Virus record (IMG/VR): IMGVR_UViG_3300020436_000065
Location: 1-27,851 of that record
DNA from: a virus
Lineage: Duplodnaviria; Caudoviricetes
Direction: 5' to 3' (one strand)
DNA length: 27,851 bases
The stretch's first letter is position 1. Each line of letters opens with the position of its first letter. A program made the position numbers and the translations under genes. The notes under the pieces were generated by a model. It was not told the DNA's origin, did not search any database, and saw only the letters and a list, made by a program, of their open reading frames with translations. Shown here piece after piece: positions 10,286 to 22,200 of the stretch.

Positions 10286-13200
10286 TCATAATCCAAATAC
10301 CCTTATTGCACCAGATGATCTTAGACCTCTGAGCGAACTTACAGAGTAATTCTTTCTTTGAATAGTTGGGAAGGTAGTTAAACCGCTATTTACTGTCAAT
10401 CCAGTTACACCTATTGAAATAGGATTATCTGATCTTGTAGCATTAAATAATCTACCCCAACTAATTTTACCTAATTCAGTGCTAATTCCTGGTGCACTAG
10501 GGTCAAAATTACCTGTTTGAGCGATTCCTAAAACTGATGATGTGCTATTTGTATGAATGTTACAAGTAATCTGACCGTTAAATGCTCCATCATCAGATAC
10601 AGCATGAACTTTGTAAATATTATCTAAGAATGTTGTTCCTATAGCAACTATTGATGAATCCTGACTGTCAACCGATGTGACTGCTGATCCAACTTTTGTA
10701 TCTTTTATGAAGACTGGATAACCGACATTGATAGGTTTACCTGATATTTGCTCGTCTGATCTAAAGAAAAACTTAAGTGCTAATGGATGACCACCAGTTC
10801 CAGTTGTTGTGGTAATACCAGTGATGATTCCAGTAAATCCTTCTATATTACTAATCTCTGTGATTTTTTCAGTTTTAAATTCAGGTAAATCAATTATTAC
10901 TTGTGGTGGTGTGGTGCTTGTGTATCCTAATCCTTGATTTACCACATTAATGGCATTTATAGATCCATTTGTGATGGTTGCTGTCGCAGTCGCTGTGGTA
11001 TATGTACCAACACTCCCATCTGATTGTGTAAATGTACCGATTCCAGACACAGGTCCAGAAATTTTTACTGAAACTGTGCCACTATAACCAGAACCAGCGT
11101 TAGTTATATCAAATGATGTAACAGAACCTGCTGCAGATACAATCGCTGTAGCAGATGCACCAACATTTATCTGACCAGAAGAAATTAAAGCATCAACACT
11201 ATTATATGTTAAATTATATCTATCTGATAATGGAAAGTGTGTTGCCTTTTCATAGAAGAAAGATCTCACATCATCTACAAAAATTCCATTTAAAGGTGTT
11301 CCATCATTACCTGAGATTATTGAAAAATCTCCAATAATTTTAGCAGTTGGATATATTTGTGCCTCTAGTATTTCTCTTGACTTATCTATTTTTTTACCAT
11401 TTAAAATTATATCAACTTTTTGTTTAGTCCACCTAATTGGTTTATCATTATTTTCATCAATACCCTGACCAGTATAGATATCAGTTTCGATAAGTTTTGC
11501 TCCAAGCAATTCTTTTATAGTTCTTTCATTTCTTTGTGTAGTAGTCACTCCAACAGGGTGTTTAAACACTCTAAGTTCATCACCAACTTTAATTGTTTCT
11601 TGTATGTCTGCAGTATCAATATCAATACCATCTTGACCTTTATAGAAGAAAATATCTATCTTAGAATCTGGTCTAGGTGCTTCAGTAAAGTCAAATGTAG
11701 TTCCTCCTTGGAATTGATAAGCTTCTTCAGGTTTTTGAAGCACACCATTAACAAATATTAATAGAACTGCGTTCATATTAATTAATTGAGATCTTGAATC
11801 ATTTAAATCTTTTTCAAAGCTTAAAAGTTGTCCGTTAAAGAATAATGGGAACCTTTTGCTAACTCCATCTTGTAAATTCTTTATGGAATCAATAAAATCT
11901 ATTTCACCGAACTGTTGTGCTGAAAATCTATCAGTAAAGACTTCAAGCACCTCTAATTCAAATTCCTGAATTGGTTGACTTAAATGTGCTGCGGTGATTA
12001 GTCCAACTGGTTTGAATTTGTCACCAATTTTAAATGAATGTCCTGATCTAGCAACAGAGAATTTAGAAATTTCAAAGGTAGTCGAACCAATACCTACAGT
12101 TGTGGAAGCAGCACTGACCTCAACATCTAGTAATAAATTAGATCCAGTTTCAGTTGTTGGACCAATCCCACGTCTAGAAACACCAACTACAGGTATATTA
12201 TCATAATTTGGTTCTGGAATTACAATTTCTGGATTTACATAACTTGTACCTGCAGAAACAATCGTAAATGCAAGTGTTCCACCAACACCAACAGAAGCAG
12301 TTACAACAGCACCATTACCTGCACCTCCACCAACACCAGCATTTAATGTTATTGTATTAATAGTTGTTGCTCCAATACCAGTTACAATACCTGCAATAGG
12401 ATCTGAATTTGGAAAACTAGTTTTTGACACTGCTCTTGGATATGGATGATCTGAGAAGAAATTATCCTTAGAACACTTAAATACTAATCCACCAGTATCA
12501 ATACCAACTGAATCACTTGTTGTAAATGTGTGATTTGGAATTGTTAAAATTAATTGACCTGTATGAGAAGTGTATACTGCGTTAGTTGCTGTAAATGAAT
12601 CACCAGCAAAACTTCCTTTCTTAATCGAACCGATACCAGAACTTACAAATCTGTGTTCGTATGCTTGATCTGTAACTCCAATTGCAACTGAACCACCACG
12701 ATATCCAGAACCAAATGTTAAATCCTCAAAAAACTCAAAAGTATTACCACCACCAGTATAAACCCAATTTTGAGTTTGAATATCTGCTTTAACTTCAAAT
12801 GTTCTATCAGATACAATACCAACTACAAATAAAGATCTATCGTGATTTGCAAATGATGTTGCTCCAACACCAGTTATATTAAAGTTTAAATTCTTTAATT
12901 TAACCATATTTGGTCTTTCAAGTGCAAATCCATGTACCTTATCTGTTGTAACTGTAATAATACCCGTAATATTATCATATGATGCAGTTTGAATACCAAG
13001 ATTAAATCCTGAAGATGTGGCAATACCAACAACACTAGTGATTCCACCAGTAGCATCTTTAAATGCTTTTACTTTCGCACCTTGTAGTGGAGCATATCCT
13101 AATCCTGGTGTTGAACCTAATGAAATAATTACTCCACCTCTTGGAACTTGGTTCTGATTAATATCAAATTCAGAAACCATTTTCTGACCATTTTCAGACG

Positions 13201-16200
13201 TAATACCAGTAAACTCTATAGTAGAAATACCTGCAACTGAGTCGGATATAAATTCGTAATTATTACCTGCATTATTAACAGTGAGTGGAGTTTGGAATAT
13301 ACCATTGATGAATACAACTCCGTTTCCGACACCAACACCTGAATGTGTGTTTGCTCCACCAACAGTAAGTGTATAAGTCTTACCAATACCTGTAAAATTA
13401 TCAGATATATCATCAAATAACATATTAGTTGTATAGTCACTTCTTAAGAATGTTCTACCACTAAACTCTGCTTTATCAAATGGTTGATTTGTCTCATCTC
13501 TTCTACTACGTGTATTTCCTTTTGGAGGATCAGAAAAGAATACTGTGCTATCGACTATGTTAAATGCACCTCTATGCAATCTTGCTATATCATTTGCAGA
13601 ATGTGATGTCTGAGCTATTCCTAATTGCCCTCTTTCTACCTTAACAACTGGTAAAGTAGCAATTCCAGCTGCAACTGAAACTGACTCATTTATTACACCT
13701 GTGGGAGTGCTAGAAAAACCAACCTCAAGAATTTTTATAAATTCATCGTTTATTTTCAAAAACTCACCTGCTCTTATAGAACTTATACCACTTAATACAA
13801 ATTGTGATAATCCAATACCAACAGTGCTATTATATGTAAATCCATCAAAAACACCTAGTGTGTGAGTAATATCTGTAAATGTAATTGGTTGTTGAACTAC
13901 ACCATCTAATCCAATTAGAGTTTTAGTTAACTGTTTTGTCATAGCTAACTTGTGTGAGTTTCCACTACCCAGTGAACCACTAACTCCAGTAAATGTTACA
14001 GCGACACCAGTTGTAATATATTCAGGTCTTGTATATAACTCAAAGTTGTCTTCATCAATGACCTTTGCAAAAACAGTGCTAGGAAGAATATCTGTCACGA
14101 TGCCAGATATATTTGCTGTAGCACCAATAGAAACAGCAGTCCCTGCTATACCTATGAATGTTGAACCAGGTGTATAAGTTAACTCTTCATTAGTATTAAA
14201 GAAATGACTAGGTATCGTTATAGCATTTGTAGTTGTACTAATTGTTCCTGTATTGGATGGGTTAAATGTTTTAGAGTATATTGGAGTACCATTATTTGTC
14301 AATAAGAAATCTTTCTTATCTGCTCTCAAACCACCAGCACCATCATAGGTTGATAAGAACAACTGTTGATCTACAGTACCATAAATTAAATTAGGAGGAT
14401 TATTACTAAAATCACTATCGGTATATAATACTTCATTGTATGATTGTACTTCTATTAAAGAGTTAAATTCTGCATCTGGATAAAATCTTAAATTAATATC
14501 ATTACCAACTATCTCACCACCAAACGTACCAATACCAGTGGTTGAACCAGCAGATACAAATGGATATTGAATCGTAAGTATATCATCTAAATCTCTAATT
14601 GATATAATTTGATGAACTGCAGATGTCTCACCACAAGAAACTCTTACGAGAGATTTTACAGTGCTATCTAAATTTTTACTAATTGTATTATATGTTATTG
14701 GGTTAATTGTACCAGTTGCATACTTCGATTCTAATCTTGCACTTCTTTCCGAACCAACTGGTTGACCTGAAACTATAAAGCGAAATGTTCCTATACCAGA
14801 TTCTGTTGAACCTAAACCAACTACGTTAGCTCTAACCTCTAATGGATTAACTCTATCATTTTCTATTTGTAATTTTACTAAATTATTCTCAACCTTTGCA
14901 GTAATAATACCCACAACACTACTACTTAATCCAGATGTTGTGTCTACATATGTTTCTGCAATTGTTGTGTCAGTCCCATCAAAATCAATTACAACTTCAC
15001 TATAATTAACTTCCTTTGTTACAGAGTCCTGAACAAATATATTTGCATAAAGTGAATTAAAATCATAATCAGGAGATTCTAATATTGTTGAAGTTACTAC
15101 ACCAACAGTTGTTGTTCCGACTCCTATATTATGACCTGTTAAATCAACACTTCCAATAGCATTTGTTCCAATACCTGCTAAATCTGTATTGAAATCAATT
15201 TTTAATATTTTAATATCATGGTCTCTTAAAAATTTTTCAACTGGTTCAAATAATAAATTTTTAGTGCCGTTTGTTGTGATTTCAGTGTTAAAATCACCTA
15301 ATTTTTGATTTGTAAAATCAGTTGATTTTTCAAGGATAAACGCATCATTCTCTGTTGTTAATGTAACTAATTCTGTAAATTGAGTATCAAGTGTATCTGG
15401 ATCAATTATTTGAATTAAATAACGTCCTATATCTTCGGTTAAAGGTTCAATAGTTGTAGTTAAAGTTTCAAACCCCTCACTAGAAAAAGTATCACTAATA
15501 TCATCGTGAAGTAATACTCTGTTAGTTTTACATCTAGTAAAATCAGTTAACGATCTATTTTTAAGAGTAAGAAATTTAGAATTATTATTTCTTGCACTAA
15601 AATCTCTTGCTAAATCAAAATTATTAATTACATCTACTCTTTGTTTATCTTCTATTTCAAGAACATTTGCAACATCTAAAACAATAGACTGATTAGATTC
15701 TGCAGTTTCTCCAATACCAACTGGAATTTTAGATAATACTGAAGTATCAGCAAAATTTTTCAATCCAGATGGATGAGTAAGACGATTTACAGGATTAACA
15801 AAATCATTCCATCCGATTGGACTTTTAATTGTATACGAAAGATTTTGATAATAATTATTATCTGGTATTACTTGATAATCCTCATTTAATTTACCAATAT
15901 CATCTAACCAACCATATTCTTGTCTGTTTGAAAAATCAGTTTTAAATTTAGCCTGATTATTAGTTAAGGATATAATTTCAGCTGATACACCACTTAATCG
16001 ACCTACAATTCTATCACCAACTTTTAACTTAGACTTACCATCTATTTTAATATAATCATTTCTAACCTCACTTATTGTTAAATCAGTTATTTCTGTTCCA
16101 ACTATGAGTGTTTCATTTAACTCAAATACACCTCTTTTTATAACAGGTTCAATAACTGGTAAATTATTCTTGTTTATTAAATTAGCATAACCCGATTGGA

Positions 16201-19200
16201 AAGTTTTTGCGATACCAGGATTTGTAGTAACACCCGCTAAACTAAATTCTAAAATAGACTGAGTTCCAGCAGAGTAATCTATAACTTCAAAGAATTGGAA
16301 ATTGTAGTCTTCTGAATTATATCCAGTTCCTTCAATTGTAGTAGATGTAACACTACCACCCTGAGTTGCTCCTATACCACTCTCTCCTACCCTTTGTATA
16401 CCTTCAATAAAGATTTCATCACCAACTGCAAAAGGTTGCGAATCAAACCCATTTATGGGGGTTTCTAGGAAACAAGTAACAACTCCAGAGTTACTAATTA
16501 TTACAGAATTAATACCTACACCATTTGAATTGTTTATTGAAATTACTTTGTGTACTACTGAATCTAACCCAGATATTGGTGATAATACTTTAACTTCTGA
16601 TACCCTTTGATTTGGTGCTATTGCTTGTAGAGAAACTTTATCTACGATAGTATTTGAAACAGGATTGAATAAGATTAAATTAGGAGCGTTTGTATAATCT
16701 GATCCACCACTTAATACTTCAACTGATTCAATAATATCAAGATTATCAATGCTGACTACAGAAGGAATAAATGCCTCTGGACTCAAAGTTTTATCAGAAG
16801 AATATTCATATCCAATATCAACTATTCTAACTTTTTTAATTCTTCCAATATCATTAGAATATGCTTTTAAATTTGCATCAGTTCCATTTGTGCTATTGAC
16901 TTTTAAAAATTCAGGTAGTTTTTTATAATTAAAACCTCTGGAGATTATATTAAAATTCTTAATAGACCCATGAACCGTGGTTGCTTTGGTGGAATATTCT
17001 AATTTTTCACAATCACTATTTGTATATGATAAGAATTCAGGGAATCTAGGAGAGATATCAAAGGTATCATCAGTAACGTTAAATATTTCGTACTCACCAT
17101 TATACTTACTATCAATAAATTTTATTTCAGAAGAATTTGAAACTTCTGTATCAGTAGTGCTTATATACCCACCCTTTGTCAAACCATAATATAATGTGTT
17201 AGGTGCAGAATTAGAGAATTTAACTTCTAAAGTTGCACCGATTGGATCAGTGTTATTTGTCCCAATCCCAATAGTACCTGCAACACCAACATTAAAATTA
17301 GTTGAGTCTTGAGAACTAATGTATTCATTTGTTAAATCTCTATCATAAAATAATTTAAAATCAAAACCTGCTAAAGTTGTGCTTGATAATCCGAAACCTA
17401 AAACTGAATTTTTTACTACTTCTATTTGAGGATTGATTAGTGCTACTGATTGATTTCCACCAGTATTAGATACAAAACTTACCTCTTTTACAGGATTTGA
17501 ATTAATATCAACAATTGTCTCTGCAAGTGAGAATTTACTTCGACTTATTTTATTAACAAAGTAAGTTCCAGTTGTCAAACCAGTGGCTGAACCATCATAA
17601 AATATCTTATCACCAGTTTCAAATCCATGATTGGTTATGTTTATATGATTAGTTTCTACATTAGAGGCATTAAATGATATTGGATTTACTAATAATTTTT
17701 CATAATCTGAATTATAGATGACTGATACGTTTGTAGTAGTTCCAATTCCCACATTCAAGTTAGGTATTACTTCAAGATTAACTACATCTTTCTCTATAAG
17801 ATTATGTGTAGTCGTATTTGCTGCAGATACATTAGTAGATACTCTTGTTGTAATTTGATCTATTGTACCAGTTACCTGAGTATGAGTTGGTTCAAAGAAA
17901 TAGAGAGATGATGAAATACCAGTGGTGCTACCTCTTGAGAAGAAAAATAATCCTTCACTAGTGCTACCTATACCAACTCTTGTAGTTACAAGTCCTATAT
18001 TATCTGGACCTTTGTCAATTACATATACTTCAGTTGAATTTTGCCCTGTAAATGGTAATTTAAATTGTGTCTGTAATGGGGTGTTTGATACATCAAATCT
18101 ATTTGCTCCATTTCGTTTATTTAAAATAATTTTTTGACCTGTTTCAAATGGATGATTTGGAATTCGTATTGTTCTTGTAGGAATGGAAACTGTTTTTTTC
18201 AATCCACCAATAAATGTATCAACATCTATTGCACCACCTACAGTGGTTCCTACTCCAACTGATTGTGCTGGATTGAAATAAACTAAATCATTTGTTTGTG
18301 ATAAAAATCTTTTTGTTTTTACAGGTATTGTTATACTATTATTTAAAATATCAACATTACTTCCAGCAGTATGAGCTGCTCCAACATTTCTAAAAACTCT
18401 AATAACTTTATTTCCTTCAAAAACGTTTAAAACTCTTACTATTTCTTCATTTGTTGCGTCTCCTGAAGCAATTCTTACAGAAGAACCTATTGCTACTCTA
18501 GGTATACTTGATACAGATATATCTTCAATGAGTCCTGCTGTGGCAGATTGCATAGTTGATAAAAGTGTAATTCTTGATGTGCTTACACCTACTTTGAATG
18601 TATCTGTTAAATTTACGATTGAACTACTTAAACCTGATATTGATACACAGGTCTGATCCTTCATTTCCAATAATGGGAAGAAGCTAGCCTGAACTCGGTC
18701 TTTATCTAACCATTCAAAAACTGCTCCCTCAAATGAAATTATTGATGTATCTATTCTTGATATTCCAATGCCAACTATTTCACTAACTTCTGCTCTAAAT
18801 CCAGATCCATTTGTTAAATCATCATTAAATTCAGTTAAATCTCCAACTTTGTAATTTTGTCCTGAATTTAATATTGTGATACCATCAACACTACCCTTAG
18901 TAACAGATTCAATTTTTGAAATTTGTCTTATTTCTTCATATGACTCTGTAATAAAATCACTACCAGCAAATTTTTCATCAACACCGTATGGGAATGTATT
19001 TCTTCTTATATCTGTGCTATTAAAATCAAAATCCTGATTCAGTATTTTATTTTCATTAATTAGTGGGGAACGATAAGTATTTCCTATAAAATAGGGATAC
19101 AAACCCTCAAGTTTATTAGTTTGAGTTCCTAATCCAACACTTGTGAAGTATGCGTATATCCCATTAGGAAATTCTGGTGTTTTTCCAAATCTTCCGTTAT

Positions 19201-22200
19201 GGATATCTAAATCACCTGATTCGTCAAATACATAATCTTCAACAAAGAATCCACCAACGTATCCGTTTGGACGATTATTTACACCATTTGAATTTAAAAT
19301 ATATGATGACTCTATTATCTTAAGTGGAGAGTTTATATCATCTGGATTTGTGTAACCAAAAGGACCATAAATTGGATTACCATCATAAGCCCAACCTATA
19401 ATTGGAGAGTGTCCTGTAATTTCTTTAAATTCACCATTAGCAAGCAGACTGAAAGTTTCTTCAAATCTACCAGCAATTTCTTGTGAATAACCTGCAATAC
19501 TAAATCTTAAAGTATCATTTTTTGTTGATAAGAAAGAATCACCAAATCTATTAGCATTATTTAAAGTTAAAGCTCTAACTCTAGCATTAAATTTAGCATT
19601 CTTACCTCTTGAAAATGCTCTTACCTCAGTGGTTACAGAATCATATCCTACACCAGTATTCAAAACTATTGCTTGTATTACTCTACCATTCTCAACAACA
19701 GGTCTTATCGTAGCACCCCTTCCTACTCCAGTTGATGTTACCTTAACTTCAGGTGGTGAGTTATATTCTCTACCTCTGTTAACAACTGCAACACTCTCAA
19801 TTCTACCATTAACAATAATAGGTTTAAATTCAGCATTTTCTCCGTTCTGAATTGTAACTTTAGGTTTTACTTCTTTATCAAGAATTTCGGAACCATAATT
19901 TGTTCCTTCCTCATACAAATATCCACCTAAAATTTTCCCAGTAACAATTGGAGTTATAACTATATCTCCTGTTACAGTTGAACCATATGAAACATTAATA
20001 TTAACCTTAATTTTTGGATACTCAAATATCTGGAATCCTTGTCCTGATGAGTCAAAGTTTACGTATTTACCTCTATCATAATCCTCTGTTGATGTTCCCC
20101 CTACACCTGCATTTGCTAACTGGAATGAATCATTAGTTAATTTTTTAACAATATATGATGATGTAGTAGATAGACCTTGTATTGATGATGTTTCTGCTGA
20201 ATATTCAATAATCTCTCCAGTATTAAATCCATGATTCTTGAAATTAATTGTGTTTAATGATGTAGAAATTCCAGATGTTTTAACTCTTAATTTACGGTGA
20301 GTATATCCAGATCCCTGCTCTATTACCTTAACTGCAACTAATGTATTTCTTCTTTCAGTTCTAAATCTATGAATACCACTTGCAGTAGTATCTGATGATA
20401 GACCAACTGTATTAATACCTGCTGTACCAAATAGTGCGTCTGCTGCTGAGTTGAATAACCTAACAGTTGATGTATTTACAGATCTAATATAATAAGGATC
20501 TCCATCTGAAAGTGTTCCTGAAGATGTATTTGTTGATTCATATGCAGTGCCTATACCTAAAGGTGCGTTCCCATTTGAACTGTAGTAAATGAGTTGTCCA
20601 TTTTCTAAATTATGTCTAGTTGTAAAGGTAATTGTTTCATCTTGAATATCAACTCCACCGTTGAAAAATATATCTCTACTATCAAACTCTAAAAATCTAT
20701 TTCTTTCACCTAAAACAGGTTCTAGTATGCATCCAGAACCATTTCCTCCAGTTAATGAAATATTTGAAACAGATTTAATATCAAAATCTTGTGGGTCAAC
20801 AAGACAATCTACTACTTTACCTTGAATTATAGGTTCAATTTTTGCATCAACACCACCTGCTGGACTTGACTCAACATTTATTACTGGTGGATTTATTACA
20901 TCATAATCATCACCCTCGTTCTGTATATCAACTGATGAAAGAGGACCATAAAAAATTTGATTATCTGAAATTGGAGAACGTATCTGTACTCCATTAATTA
21001 ACATACCAATATCATTAAATGGTGTTTCTTGTTTTGATGGGACAACTAAATTTTGACTTAAAGGAAATTTTCTTAATATTTTATCAGGTTCTAATAAACG
21101 ACTCGCATGTTTTTTTAACACAAACTTATGAGTGTCAGTGGTTGTTGTTCCAATACCAACTTGAACCGTAGATGCAGTACCTACCTGAGAAATAGATTCA
21201 TATAATTTTATTTTTGTTATTTTAGAATTAGCAGCAGGAATTACTGGATCTACATAATAAGTTCTACCAGTCTCTAATCCTGATAATGGCACACCGTCAG
21301 TTTCATAAATTATTTCGTCACCCTGAATGAATTTAATATCTCTCTGTTTTATAGGAAAATTGATGAAACTATACTTTTCAGTGAATATATTATAACCATC
21401 AAATTTAGTAGTATCACTACCATCCGTAAAAGTTTCTTCAACAACATTAGTTGTAATTGGATAACTTGGAAGTGAATTGGAGGCAACATATCCAAATTTG
21501 TCATCGTCAACATAAACAGACAATGTATCTGCTATAATTGTTCCGTTACCTTCTTTAAGGGGAATACCTGTACTTGATACTTTTTTATCAGCTCTACGAA
21601 TATCATATAATTGATTTGGGATTTGATTGAAATTTGATATATTTTCAGCGGTAAAAGAATGTGTAGCTGAGGTTATAGATTTTACATCACCAGATCCTTC
21701 TCTTGTATTCTCATTTCTCTTAAGAATTTCAAAACTATCACCTTCCTTTAAATACGCTTTGTCAATAGGTGTCTGTAATTGAAATTCAGCACTTGAAATA
21801 CCAACTTGAAATCTTGTACGAGTATTATAAATCCAAGAATTAGCAAAAATTTCTTTATAAGTTTCACCATTATTTTCTATTTTTTCACCAACATTTTTTA
21901 CAAATATATTCTCACCTTCATTTACTAAGTTAACATCTGTTACTGGAACTAAATCTGATATTACACCTGTAATTCTTAAATCTACTCTTTTAGATAAATC
22001 TCCATTTTCAAATCCAAATATTGTTTCATTATCTCTAATATCATCACCAGTGTTAATACCGACATTTATACCACTACATCCAAAGAACTGGTTAATTGAT
22101 TTTGAAGTATAACTTATTGATGTATTTTTTCCACTAATGAGAGTGCCCGTTACACCAAACCCAACAGTTGAATCTACATCTATTATCGTTCCACCTGCGT

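Noticed and set aside
1661-19850. Short plus-strand ORFs and the nested minus ORF 13216-13440 inside the giant genes
   Set aside because: Shadow ORFs expected from codon bias; no motifs, promoters or ribosome-binding sites seen.
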